From the NCBI GenBank assembly GCA_965612865.1, contig CBFDTJ010000001.1:1-44506 (forward strand): a DNA stretch of 44,506 bases, written 5' to 3'. The notes beneath the pieces were generated by a model that saw only the letters and a list, made by a program, of their open reading frames with translations, did not search any database and was not told the origin of the DNA. A program made the position numbers and the translations under genes. This DNA comes from an uncultured bacterium. GTDB lineage: Bacteria; Caldisericota; Caldisericia; B22-G15. The first letter of the stretch is position 1. Every line of letters begins with the position of its first letter. Below, in pieces: positions 27,294 to 38,080 of the stretch.

Positions 27294-28181
27294 CTATAGA
27301 AGTATATTACTCAGCAATGTAAGAGTTAAAGGTGACAGTATTGTTGTAAAGGCGACCCCCTTGGTAAGTAACTTCTTATCGAGTCCCATTTCTACCCCGA
27401 AGATTGTTGATGCCATCATTGTTGGCATCATCCCCTGAAGCAGTGCAGGTTTAAGTATAAAGGATTCTAACTTCAAAAGGAGAGAAATTGAAAGTATAAT
27501 GAAGGGAAACACCAAAAGCTTAAAAACAGCTACGGGTAAAAGATATTTTAATTCCCTTGGTTTTATGTTGAGCTCAAGGTTTATACCAAGATAAAGCATA
27601 ACAAGGGGGCTTATAGTATGCTTTAATAATATCAGTGGTTCCATGATTAAAACAGGTATATTGAAGTTTCTCATGATTAAACCTGTTATGAATGCGAAGA
27701 ATGGCGGTGATATAAAGAATTTCTTAACTCCCCCTCTGTCTCCTCCTCCAATGTGGGCAATAATGGGAAAGAGAAATATTAAAAAGAAGTAGAAGTTTAT
27801 CTGATCAAAAAGTATACCATAAGGCAATGCAGTGTTTCCTAAAACATGTTCTATGAGAGGATAACCCAAAAAAGCAGTATTGCCCATAAGTCCTGAGAGT
27901 ATAATCGATGCTCTCAGTTTCTTATCCCCCTTTAATAGAAGTCCCGTAATAAATAGAAGAGACACCTGAATAATTATAGCCAGGGGAACCATAATAAACA
28001 GAAGGTAGAAATTCCCTTCAAATTTTGAAGAGGTTAGAGAGACAAATATAAGGGCTGGCAAAGATATGTTGAATATGATTTTTTTAAGAAGATCTCCATC
28101 CTTCTCATTAAAAAAACCAATCCTCTTTAATATAAAACCAATGAGTATTATTATTAAAAAAGAGATAACTTTAACTATCAT
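27294..28181 (-). CDS. AEC (auxin efflux carrier) family transporter
   Basis: 295 aa with about 8-10 TM helices in an AEC-like two-half arrangement. Family call made by eye. Confidence 0.6.
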   Translation of the reverse strand: MIVKVISFLIIILIGFILKRIGFFNEKDGDLLKKIIFNISLPALIFVSLTSSKFEGNFYLLFIMVPLAIIIQVSLLFITGLLLKGDKKLRASIILSGLMGNTAFLGYPLIEHVLGNTALPYGILFDQINFYFFLIFLFPIIAHIGGGDRGGVKKFFISPPFFAFITGLIMRNFNIPVLIMEPLILLKHTISPLVMLYLGINLELNIKPRELKYLLPVAVFKLLVFPFIILSISLLLKLESFILKPALLQGMMPTMMASTIFGVEMGLDKKLLTKGVAFTTILSPLTLTLLSNILL

Positions 28182-28687
28182 TTATCGAACCGCTCTATCT
28201 GTTTTATTATGAAGTTTGCCACCTCCTCTTCTGGATATGGCCATGCATATATAATTTCTGCTTCAGGATATAAAATCTTGGAAAATTCCACTCTCTCTTT
28301 TATTTCCAGTTCACATATTCTATCTCCTGGAATAAGCATGGCTGGAACAAGTATTATCTTTTTGCATCCATTCTTAACTGCCCTATCAATTGCTTCAGTT
28401 ATGGACGGAGAGCAATAATCATAAAAACCAAAATAGACTGATGTTCCTGCATTTCTCATAATATGGGAGATTACATCAAAAAATCCCTCCCAGTACTCAT
28501 CGTTTCTGTTATTTCTCTTCCACTTTCTCAATGATTCATTAAGTTCTTCAAATCTATCTGACTCCTCTTTAGATAGAATTTCACCACTTATAATTTTTGC
28601 TTTGAGAGTAAAATACTCTCCCAGCTCTTTTCTTGGGAAATCTGTGGGAATGTCCCCTCTTCCTATAATCACATAGCATTTTTTCAT
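28178..28687 (-). CDS. CbiX/SirB-like chelatase-fold protein (divergent)
   Basis: VIIGRGD.. at the N-terminus and ..CSPSITEAIDRAVKNGCKKIILVPAML resemble a small CbiX, but the usual GHGS His is replaced (GRGD). Confidence 0.4.
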   Translation of the reverse strand: MKKCYVIIGRGDIPTDFPRKELGEYFTLKAKIISGEILSKEESDRFEELNESLRKWKRNNRNDEYWEGFFDVISHIMRNAGTSVYFGFYDYCSPSITEAIDRAVKNGCKKIILVPAMLIPGDRICELEIKERVEFSKILYPEAEIIYAWPYPEEEVANFIIKQIERFDK

Positions 28688-29082
28688 CCCTTTATCACCT
28701 TTACAAAAACTTTCCTTGTCCTCGGCCCATCAAATTCAAGAAAGAATACACCCTGCCATGTTCCAAGAAGAAGTTTTCCGCTCTCTATAATTATTTCTCT
28801 GGATGAGCCTGTTATTGAAGATTTGATATGAGCATCAGCGTTTCCCTCAAGATGTGTATAAGTTTTATTATAGGGTATAAGTTCAGAGAGTGTACTCAGA
28901 ATATCTCTTATTACAGAGGGGTCAGCATTTTCATTTATGGTTATAGAGGCCGTAGTGTGTGGAACAAAAACAATACAAATCCCTCTTTCAACACCAGACT
29001 CTTTGACTAACTTTGATATTTCATCTGTGATGTCTATTGCCTCTACTCTTTTATGTGTTTTCAAAGAGATACTCTTTAACAT
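28684..29082 (-). CDS. yjbQ: YjbQ/UPF0047-family protein (secondary thiamine-phosphate synthase)
   Basis: ..CIVFVPHTTASITINENADPSV.. and ..EGNADAHIKSSITGSS.. are family hallmarks. Confidence 0.85.
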   Translation of the reverse strand: MLKSISLKTHKRVEAIDITDEISKLVKESGVERGICIVFVPHTTASITINENADPSVIRDILSTLSELIPYNKTYTHLEGNADAHIKSSITGSSREIIIESGKLLLGTWQGVFFLEFDGPRTRKVFVKVIKG

Positions 29083-30316
29083 TCTTCTCCTCCTCTTTAA
29101 GAATGCTAATGGCTATTATTGCAATATCCTCTCTCCAGTATTTTCCAGAAAACTTTTCAATCTCTTCTATTATTTCTTCTCTCTTTCTTCTCTCTGAATA
29201 GGGTCTCCCGGCTATCATAGACTCTATAGTATCAGAGATTGCAATTATTTGAGATTCAATTGGGATTTCATTCCCTTTTATTCCAAAGGGGTATCCAGAA
29301 CCATCTATTTTCTCGTGATGAAACCTTGTCCATTTAGCAATTTCTTCAAAAGATTCAACTTTTGACAGGATTCTATAACTCCATTCAGGATGTTTTTTAA
29401 TCTCTTCATAGTCTACTGGAGAAAGCTGGGAGGCTTTGTTAAGAATTCTGTCGCTTATGGCTATCTTTCCAATATCGTGAAACAAAGCGGCAATTCTTAT
29501 CTTTTCTATCTTGTCCTTACTAAACCCCATCCTTTCTGCTATTTTTGTTGCGTAAAAGGCAACTCCATTACTATGACCCTTTGTAAAGGGATCCTTTGCT
29601 TCAAGGGATTCTATGAGAATTTTTATTATGTCGTCACTCAGTCTTTTGAGTTTCTTTTCAGACAGAAATTCTTTTATATTCGAATGTATTACATGCGTTA
29701 GGAAACTTAGAGGGGATATAATACCTTCCCCTTCTTCGAGATTCTCATTTTTTTCAAAATATAGATTTATCTTCGTAAATCTCCCTGTTTCTTCTTCGAT
29801 ATGAGACAAGGATAAGATATTGTCACTTTCTGATGCGAAATCTTCGTCTCCAAAGGAACCTGTGAAATCATCTTCTCCAGATTTAAATTGTATTTTAACA
29901 AGCTTTATTCCATCTGTTATGTTTGAAAAATGTTTGGCTGTAACATTCAAAAGAGTCTCTATCCCAATGTCAAGAGAAAAAAGTTCCAATATTTTTTCTC
30001 CAGCATCTCTAATTCTTTCTATGGAATTCCAGACCTCCATTTCCTTTCCTGCCAAAATGAGATGTTTTATAAAGGAAATACAATTATTTATTGTTAATCT
30101 TTGGTTAGGCGTAATCTTGGTTTTTTTTGAAATCACAAGTTTTCCAATGGGTTTATTTTTATTTCTTATATGAAATTCCTCTAAGTCCAGCTCATCATTT
30201 TTTAAACCTATTTTATATATCTTACCCCGTATATCCAGAGAGATATAATCAAGTTTCAGGTTGTTCTTTAATACGTATAAAAGTCTATTTAAATAGAAAT
30301 CAAGTTCAGGATTCAT
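29051..30316 (-). CDS. HD-GYP domain c-di-GMP phosphodiesterase-type protein with an uncharacterised N-terminal sensor region
   Basis: HDIGKIAI.. and HHEKIDGSGYPFG motifs in the C-terminal half. Confidence 0.8.
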   Translation of the reverse strand: MNPELDFYLNRLLYVLKNNLKLDYISLDIRGKIYKIGLKNDELDLEEFHIRNKNKPIGKLVISKKTKITPNQRLTINNCISFIKHLILAGKEMEVWNSIERIRDAGEKILELFSLDIGIETLLNVTAKHFSNITDGIKLVKIQFKSGEDDFTGSFGDEDFASESDNILSLSHIEEETGRFTKINLYFEKNENLEEGEGIISPLSFLTHVIHSNIKEFLSEKKLKRLSDDIIKILIESLEAKDPFTKGHSNGVAFYATKIAERMGFSKDKIEKIRIAALFHDIGKIAISDRILNKASQLSPVDYEEIKKHPEWSYRILSKVESFEEIAKWTRFHHEKIDGSGYPFGIKGNEIPIESQIIAISDTIESMIAGRPYSERRKREEIIEEIEKFSGKYWREDIAIIAISILKEEEKNVKEYLFENT

Positions 30317-31331
30317 TTAGCACTTCCTCAAAGGGGGTAACCAGGATTTTTACCTGTTCCTTTTTGTTTGTCTCGAGTTCTACAAAGCCTTCTTCCTCAA
30401 TATCCTTAAGAAGTATCTTTTTGGTGATAAGGGGTTCAACCACTATCTTTTCCGATTCTATTAAATCTATCGCTCTTTCAAAATCGAGAGGAGTATATTC
30501 GTAGGATGTATCAATGTCAAGCTCTCTGGAGAGTATATCAAGAAAGTTAAGACTCACGGGGAGTGTGTGTATTCCAACCACTACCAGCTTTCCACCTCTA
30601 TCTACATGAGAGAGAGAAAAAGAGAGTGGATCTTTTCCCATGCCGATCTCTGGTCCAGAGTCTACCACATCAAACACTGTGTCAAATTTTTCGTCCTCAT
30701 TTTCCTCATCAAATAGTTTAAATCCAAACTTTTCTATGATGTCTCTGCCTCCTCTTTCAAGCATAGAAATGTGTACATCTCCCCCCATGTCTTTTAAGAT
30801 CTGGGAGAGAATCAAACTAGTGGAGTTGTTTCCCACTACTAGGAATTTTTCTCCAATGCCCTTTAGGGAGGCATGAACACTCACAGCAACCTCTTGAGCA
30901 AATGGCAGGATATGTGGTTTTATATCAGGGTCTGCACGGTATAGATTTCTTTCCTTCAGTATTATCTCTTCTCTGAATCCTCCATCTTCAGTAAATCCGA
31001 GATACCCACCGTTATAACAGATATTTTCTCTACCTCTATTGCAATTTTTGCACTCTCCACAATAAATTAGAGGGGACATATAAACTTTATCCCCCTCTTC
31101 CACTTTCTCTACTTTTTCTCCCTTCTCAATCACCACACCCCCACATTCATGTCCTGGTATGATAGGCTTATCCTTCTTATAAAGGGTTGGACCACTTATA
31201 AACTCTAAAACATCAGAATCACATATTCCGCACCAGAGAATTTTTACTCTTACCTCATCCTCCGTTAAGTCTCTCTTTTCTTCTTCCTCTATTCGTATGT
31301 CTCTGCTACCGTAGAATCTTACAACTTTCAT
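30306..31331 (-). CDS. Zinc-dependent medium-chain alcohol/polyol dehydrogenase
   Basis: CGICDSDV..GHECGGVV catalytic Zn motif and the structural Zn site CGECKNCNRG. I chose the ATG at 31331 (MKVVRFYG..), directly after the plsY stop, rather than 31352. Confidence 0.8.
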   Translation of the reverse strand: MKVVRFYGSRDIRIEEEEKRDLTEDEVRVKILWCGICDSDVLEFISGPTLYKKDKPIIPGHECGGVVIEKGEKVEKVEEGDKVYMSPLIYCGECKNCNRGRENICYNGGYLGFTEDGGFREEIILKERNLYRADPDIKPHILPFAQEVAVSVHASLKGIGEKFLVVGNNSTSLILSQILKDMGGDVHISMLERGGRDIIEKFGFKLFDEENEDEKFDTVFDVVDSGPEIGMGKDPLSFSLSHVDRGGKLVVVGIHTLPVSLNFLDILSRELDIDTSYEYTPLDFERAIDLIESEKIVVEPLITKKILLKDIEEEGFVELETNKKEQVKILVTPFEEVLNES

Positions 31332-31939
31332 ATCTTTCTCTCTCTTAACCATTTTACAATATTTTTGAAATGTCTAATGCCCTGAACCATGAGAAGAAAT
31401 ATTAAGAATAAATATGTATATAGGTTTTCTCTAAATATCATAAGCACAACAAATGCTAAAAAGTAAGAAACGACACCTGCTCCTACGAGAGGAGTGAGAC
31501 CTTTCAGTATCCCCCTTTTTCTTATTTTTCCAAAGAAAAATAGAGTGAGGAATATAACTGCAACAATTATACTCTGCAAAGGAAGAATAGCGAAAGCTGC
31601 TCCAAGGCTTGTGGACAGCCCACCTCCTCCTTTTAATCCAAGAAACATTGACCAGTTATGACCAGCTACTGAGAATATGCCGGAGAGTATTATTATAATA
31701 GGGAGAAAACCAAAAAAAGAAGCAAGAAAGGGAGGGAGAAAACCTTTTGAAAAATCCAGAATAAATGTTGTTATTCCCCAGAATGGTGAAACTTCACGAA
31801 ACACATTTGCTGCTCCTGGATTCATGCTCCCAACTTCCCTTATATCTATGCCTTTTACAAACCTTGCTATGATGTATGCAAAGGGGATAGAACCTAAAAT
31901 ATATGAAAAAATAATTAGAATAAAGTAGTTCATAAGCAT
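31328..31939 (-). CDS. plsY: Glycerol-3-phosphate acyltransferase PlsY
   Basis: ..SYILGSIPFAYIIAR..GSMNPGAANVFR.. are hallmark PlsY motifs. The start is ATG 31939 or ATG 31933. Confidence 0.9.
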   Translation of the reverse strand: MLMNYFILIIFSYILGSIPFAYIIARFVKGIDIREVGSMNPGAANVFREVSPFWGITTFILDFSKGFLPPFLASFFGFLPIIIILSGIFSVAGHNWSMFLGLKGGGGLSTSLGAAFAILPLQSIIVAVIFLTLFFFGKIRKRGILKGLTPLVGAGVVSYFLAFVVLMIFRENLYTYLFLIFLLMVQGIRHFKNIVKWLRERKI

Positions 31940-31958
31940 ATTATATTATATTATTCTC

Positions 31959-31986
31959 TTGACAAAAATACAATCGTTTGTATAAT
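31959..31986 (+). promoter_or_regulatory. Sigma70-type promoter of groES-groEL
   Basis: TTGACA (31959-31964), 16 nt spacer, TATAAT (31981-31986). Confidence 0.7.
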
Positions 31987-31997
31987 TTAATTTGAAA

Positions 31998-32024
31998 TTA
32001 GCACTCACAACCTTTAAGTGCTAA
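31998..32024 (+). promoter_or_regulatory. CIRCE operator (HrcA binding site)
   Basis: TTAGCACTC-N9-AAGTGCTAA vs the consensus TTAGCACTC-N9-GAGTGCTAA (1 mismatch). It lies between the -10 and the groES SD. Confidence 0.9.
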
Positions 32025-32040
32025 AAAAGGAGGTGAAAGT

Positions 32041-32328
32041 ATGAATCTCAAACCAATTGGTGACAAGATTGTTGTTGAGCCTGAGAAGGAAGAAGAAGTT
32101 ACAAAATCTGGCATTGTTTTGCCTGATACTGCCAAGGAAAAACCCCAAAAAGGAAAAGTTGTAGCAGTAGGACCAGGTAAGATTCTTGATAATGGTGAAA
32201 GAAGCCCCATGGAAGTTAAAGAGGGGGATACAGTTATCTATTCAAAATATGCTGGAACTGAGGTAAAGATTGATGATAAAGAGTATTTAATTCTCTCTCA
32301 GAGGGATATTTTAGCCATTCTGGAGTAA
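32041..32328 (+). CDS. groES: Co-chaperonin GroES
   Basis: [24 protein letters not shown]..; AGGAGG SD upstream. Confidence 0.97.
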   Translation: MNLKPIGDKIVVEPEKEEEVTKSGIVLPDTAKEKPQKGKVVAVGPGKILDNGERSPMEVKEGDTVIYSKYAGTEVKIDDKEYLILSQRDILAILE

Positions 32329-32334
32329 TTTTAA

Positions 32335-33963
<1,629 letters not shown>

Positions 33964-33990
33964 TTTAAGCCTGATTTTAAGGACATTTAA

Positions 33991-34025
33991 AGCCCCTGAG
34001 AGATCAGGGGCTTTTTTATTTTTAT
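33991..34025 (+). terminator. Rho-independent terminator after groEL
   Basis: AGCCCCTGA-GAGA-TCAGGGGCT hairpin followed by TTTTTTATTTTT. Confidence 0.85.
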
Positions 34026-34045
34026 AAAAAGCATATAATAGTTAC

Positions 34046-35248
34046 ATGGAGAATATTTACCTTATCCTTGGTATTTTTATAATAGGGGGTTATTTTTCCG
34101 GAATTTTAGCTGAAAAATTAGGTCTCCCTAAAATAACAGGTTATATTCTGTTAGGTGTTCTCTTCAGTCCTTCACTTTTTGGTTTTACGCTTCCTGAAAG
34201 GATTAAAGGAATGGGAATAGTTACAGAAATAGCACTCTCTGTTATAGGTTTTATAGCAGGGGGAGATCTCCGCATAGAGACTGTAAAGAGATTAGGGAAA
34301 TCTGTTTTCTGGATAACCATAGCTCAAGCTCTTGGAGCATGGCTTCTCGTAGGTAGTCTTGTATATTTTTTATTTCCATTAATAGTCCCGGTAGGTAAAA
34401 AAGAATTATTTATAATGGCTCTCACTCTGGGTGCAGTGTCTCTTCCAACTGCACCTGCCGCAATAGTTGCAATAATCCATGAATTTAGAGCAAAAGGCCC
34501 CTTAACTTCTACTCTTCTCTCTGTGGTTATACTTGATGATGCTGTAGCCATCATAGCGACATCTATTTCTATCGCTATTGCGAAAAGCATGGTGAGCTCA
34601 GAAGCTGTATCTCTCTGGACTGAGGTGAGTGGAAGTCTTGTTGATATAGGAGCTGCCGTTTTAATAGGTGTTTTTGTTGGATTCTTAAGTGAGAAAATTA
34701 TTAAATACTTTAGAACAGATGCCACTCTTCTTCTTTTTGTTATTGGATCCATATTTTTCTGTACAGGTTTGTCCAATGTTCTTGGAACATCATATCTCCT
34801 TTCCAACATGATATTCGGTTTCTTTGTGGCAAACACATTTAAGCTCTCGGATAAATATTTTAAGACAATTGAGGAGATTGAAGAGTTATTATTTGTACTT
34901 TTCTTCACACTGGCAGGAGCACATTTCGAAGTGCAGACTCTGGAATCTGCAGGCATACTCTCATTAATAATAGTTGTTTCAAGGTTCTCTGGAAAATATA
35001 TAGGTTCTTATCTTGGAGCTTTATTTTCTGGTGCAAGTTCTACAATAAGAAGGTATATTGGACTTGGATTACTTCCAAAGGCAGGTGTAACCATTGGTTT
35101 AATACTTCTTGTCCTTGAGCTTCCAGAGATTAAAGATGTTGGAATAATAATGATAAATGGTGTTCTTGCTTCAGTTATAATAAATGAGTTAATCGCTCCT
35201 CCCCTTGTTAAAACCGCCTTAATAAGAGCAAAAGAGACCAACGTTTAA
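34046..35248 (+). CDS. Cation:proton antiporter (CPA2/Kef-type membrane domain, no RCK domain), paralogue 1
   Basis: GLPKITGYILLGVLFSP.., ..TAPAAIVAIIHEFRAKGPLTSTLLSVVILDDAVAI.., ..LLPKAGVTIGL.. No SD. TATAAT lies 6 nt upstream of the ATG. Confidence 0.8.
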   Translation: MENIYLILGIFIIGGYFSGILAEKLGLPKITGYILLGVLFSPSLFGFTLPERIKGMGIVTEIALSVIGFIAGGDLRIETVKRLGKSVFWITIAQALGAWLLVGSLVYFLFPLIVPVGKKELFIMALTLGAVSLPTAPAAIVAIIHEFRAKGPLTSTLLSVVILDDAVAIIATSISIAIAKSMVSSEAVSLWTEVSGSLVDIGAAVLIGVFVGFLSEKIIKYFRTDATLLLFVIGSIFFCTGLSNVLGTSYLLSNMIFGFFVANTFKLSDKYFKTIEEIEELLFVLFFTLAGAHFEVQTLESAGILSLIIVVSRFSGKYIGSYLGALFSGASSTIRRYIGLGLLPKAGVTIGLILLVLELPEIKDVGIIMINGVLASVIINELIAPPLVKTALIRAKETNV

Positions 35249-35282
35249 AATTTGTTATATAATTTCACTGAAAGGAGGTAAT

Positions 35283-35651
35283 ATGTATCTACTTGTTGTA
35301 GTTTTAAACCATGAAAGCCATGTTAAAGAGATTCTTGAAAGATTTATAGAGGTAGATGTGAGAGGCGCAACTGTAATTGAAACTCAGGGTATGGGTAGAC
35401 TCTTAAGTCAGGAGATTCCAATTTTCACAACTTTTAGAAAAGTCCTTTCAGGAGCTCAGCAAAGAGTAAATAACTTTACAATCTTTTCAGTTATAAGAAC
35501 AGAAAAAACCCTTAGAGACGCCATTGATGTAGTTTTTGATGTTGTCGGAGATATTGATAGACCTGGGACAGGTATAATGTTTGTCTTACCTGTACTTCAT
35601 ATGTATGGTCTCGCCAATCCCATAACCAAGAATCAGATGGGAGAAAAATAG
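35283..35651 (+). CDS. P-II-like (GlnB/DarA-fold) small signalling protein
   Basis: 122 aa with a beta-alpha-beta / loop / beta-alpha-beta pattern: MYLLVVVLNHE..ILERFIEVDVRGATVIETQGMGR..(loop)..FTIFSVI..AIDVVFDVV..GTGIMFVLPV. AGGAGG SD upstream. Confidence 0.5.
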   Translation: MYLLVVVLNHESHVKEILERFIEVDVRGATVIETQGMGRLLSQEIPIFTTFRKVLSGAQQRVNNFTIFSVIRTEKTLRDAIDVVFDVVGDIDRPGTGIMFVLPVLHMYGLANPITKNQMGEK

Positions 35652-35652
35652 T

Positions 35653-36867
35653 ATGGATGTAGTGCTTGACTCAGGTATCATAATTCTTGCAGGAGTTCTT
35701 GCTGCATGGCTTCTTGGTAAATTCAAACTTCCAAAGGTTTTAAGCTATATAGTTGTTGGTGCTTTTCTTGGTAGAAGTATGGCAAATATTGTTTCCCCTT
35801 CCATAGTGAGATGGGAGGAGATAATTAGTGTTGTTGCTTTGGGATTTATAGCTTTTCTGATTGGTGATACTTTCAGATGGAAGAACATAGTTGAAATAGG
35901 AAGCAAAGGAATACTTGTATCCCTTCTCGAATCAACATTGACGACGGTAATAGTTGGTGGAGGCTTCCTGATACTTACCACCACAGGGATCTTATATGTG
36001 AAACACCCGGTTCCAATTTCCCTTCTTCTTGGTGCATGTGCAGCAGCAACAGCACCTGCAGCTACATTTATGGTGGTAAGAGAGTACAGAGCAAGAGGAA
36101 CTTTAACAAACTATCTTCTCATGGCTGTTACCTTTGATGATGCTGTTGGAATTATTCTCTTTGATGTAGCGGTTGTTATCGTAAGGGTTCTTCTTAAGGG
36201 TGGAGGGTTAAGCATTGGGGAGGCTATCCTTGCTCCTGTTAAAGAGATTACTCTTTCCCTTGTAATAGGTGCAGTTATGGGATTTCTACTTACATATATA
36301 GAAAGATTTATGAGAACCAAAGAGAATTCTCTTATTCTTGCAATTTCCTTTATACTTATAACTGGTGGACTTTCAAGACAATTCCATTTCTCTCCCCTCC
36401 TATCAAACATGGCTCTCGGTGCTGTCTTTGCAAACTTTAGTATAAATGCAGGAAGGGTATTTAGTGGAGCAGAGGATTGGGTTTCTCCAATTCTCCTTTT
36501 CTTCTTTGTACTTTCTGGTTCAGATTTGGACGTGGCGCTGCTCCCGAAGTTGGGTCTCATGGGAATTGGTTATGTCGTTCTTAGAGGTCTTGGTAAAATA
36601 TTTGGCTCAAGAATAGGAGCATTTTTTGCAGGTGCACCAAAGAAGGTCCAGAAATATCTTGGTTTTGCAATGCTCCCTCAGGCAGGAGTTGCTATTGGTT
36701 TTGCTGTGTTTATAAAAAATCTCTTTCCAGAGCTTTCCTATATAACAACAATTGTACTTTCGACTGTAGTCTTGTTCGAAATAATTGGTCCTCTTGGTGC
36801 AAAGTATGCTATATTTGGTGCAGGAGAAGCTAAAAAACATCCACAACTTGCAAAGGAGCATCCATAA
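35653..36867 (+). CDS. Cation:proton antiporter (CPA2/Kef-type membrane domain, no RCK domain), paralogue 2
   Basis: Clear paralogue of 34046-35248: ..TAPAATFMVVREYRARGTLTNYLLMAVTFDDAVGI.., ..MLPQAGVAIGF.. Confidence 0.8.
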   Translation: MDVVLDSGIIILAGVLAAWLLGKFKLPKVLSYIVVGAFLGRSMANIVSPSIVRWEEIISVVALGFIAFLIGDTFRWKNIVEIGSKGILVSLLESTLTTVIVGGGFLILTTTGILYVKHPVPISLLLGACAAATAPAATFMVVREYRARGTLTNYLLMAVTFDDAVGIILFDVAVVIVRVLLKGGGLSIGEAILAPVKEITLSLVIGAVMGFLLTYIERFMRTKENSLILAISFILITGGLSRQFHFSPLLSNMALGAVFANFSINAGRVFSGAEDWVSPILLFFFVLSGSDLDVALLPKLGLMGIGYVVLRGLGKIFGSRIGAFFAGAPKKVQKYLGFAMLPQAGVAIGFAVFIKNLFPELSYITTIVLSTVVLFEIIGPLGAKYAIFGAGEAKKHPQLAKEHP

Positions 36868-37427
36868 TGGATATACTATTCCTCTTTATTAATCCGAAAA
36901 AATTCTTTGAGGAGAGAAAAGAAAAAAATTATCTTTGGTTTATAATTCCTATTTATGTTGTTCTTTTTATTTTACTCTATTTCTCTGGAAGAAATCTCTT
37001 TGGATCCTCTCGAGAGGTAAGCATTGGCATTGTCATACAGATACTATTTAATCTTGTATTTTTTGTGTTTCTTTCCCTTTTTATTAAGGTCTTTGCGAAA
37101 ATCTTTGGTGTTGAAAGGAAGTTGTTTGAATCCATAGAGGATGGATTATTAATCTCTCTTCCCTCATTTACTCTCTTTGTTATCCTGTTTTATTTTCTCC
37201 AGTATAAATTTCTCTCCCTCTCTTATCCTTTAATCTACTTCTTTACATTTCAAAAATATGCAACCACTCTATCAAGGGTACTTTTTTTCTTTTACTTTCC
37301 CCCAAGAGCTCTTCTTTTTATATATACGCTCATTGGAATTAAGTATATGTACAATCTAAACTGGAAGAAAACCCTCCTTTTCAGTGTCCTGATATATTTT
37401 ATATTCTTTTTAACCTATATTTTGTGA
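36867..37427 (+). CDS. Small polytopic membrane protein (Yip1-like?)
   Basis: 186 aa with about 5 hydrophobic helices. Its start overlaps the antiporter stop (ATAATG). The family guess is weak. Confidence 0.4.
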   Translation: MDILFLFINPKKFFEERKEKNYLWFIIPIYVVLFILLYFSGRNLFGSSREVSIGIVIQILFNLVFFVFLSLFIKVFAKIFGVERKLFESIEDGLLISLPSFTLFVILFYFLQYKFLSLSYPLIYFFTFQKYATTLSRVLFFFYFPPRALLFIYTLIGIKYMYNLNWKKTLLFSVLIYFIFFLTYIL

Positions 37428-37435
37428 GGTTGACG

Positions 37436-38080
37436 ATGGAGTATATAAAGGAAAGAGAAGAATTTATGAAAATTGTGGGTAAAATTTTAGAATACAAATT
37501 AACAGTTGGGACCTGGGGGAATTTGAGTATGAAAGTGGAGAATGATAAGTTTCTGATAACACCTTCTGCAATGGAGTATGAGGATATGAAAGGAGAAGAT
37601 CTTGTTGTTATGGATCTTAAGGGGAATATAATTTCTGGTAAAAAACCTTCCACTGAGAAGTTTTTACATATGGAGATATACAAGAGTAGGAAGGATGTAG
37701 GTGGTATTCTTCATATCCATGCTGTATATTCAGGTGTATTCTCTGTAGTGGGAATCCCAATTCCTCCTTTAACAGAGGACATGGCACAGGGAATAGGTGG
37801 CGATGTGGAAGTTACAGACTATGTCCCACCTGGAACTAAGGGGCTTGCTCTTGAGGTTGTAAGGCGTCTTAAAGACAAACAGGCTGCCATAATAAGAAAT
37901 CATGGACTTGTGACCGTTGGGGATACATTAAAAGAAGCTTTTAAAGTTGCAACACTTGTTGAGAGAGGAGCAGAAATTTTTATTCTCTCTCACTTAATTG
38001 GAGAACCAAAGATTTTATCCCATGAAGAGGTTAAAAAATTAAGAGAATTCTATAAGAATAGATATATTAAAAGAAGATGA
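37436..38080 (+). CDS. Class II aldolase/adducin-family protein (fuculose-1-P aldolase / MtnB-like)
   Basis: ..GTWGNLS.., ..PSTEKFLHMEIY.., HIHAVYS metal-binding His pattern. The ATG at 37436 has GAGG 6 nt upstream. Confidence 0.75.
   Translation: MEYIKEREEFMKIVGKILEYKLTVGTWGNLSMKVENDKFLITPSAMEYEDMKGEDLVVMDLKGNIISGKKPSTEKFLHMEIYKSRKDVGGILHIHAVYSGVFSVVGIPIPPLTEDMAQGIGGDVEVTDYVPPGTKGLALEVVRRLKDKQAAIIRNHGLVTVGDTLKEAFKVATLVERGAEIFILSHLIGEPKILSHEEVKKLREFYKNRYIKRR

Noticed and set aside
31998-32210. A 70-aa minus-strand ORF overlapping CIRCE and groES
   Set aside because: It is antisense to groES and starts inside the HrcA operator. It has no SD and no motif support.
34324-34956. A 210-aa minus-strand ORF (and 36111-36560) inside the antiporter genes
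   Set aside because: These are antisense shadows of clearly homologous CPA2 membrane domains, and nothing supports them independently.
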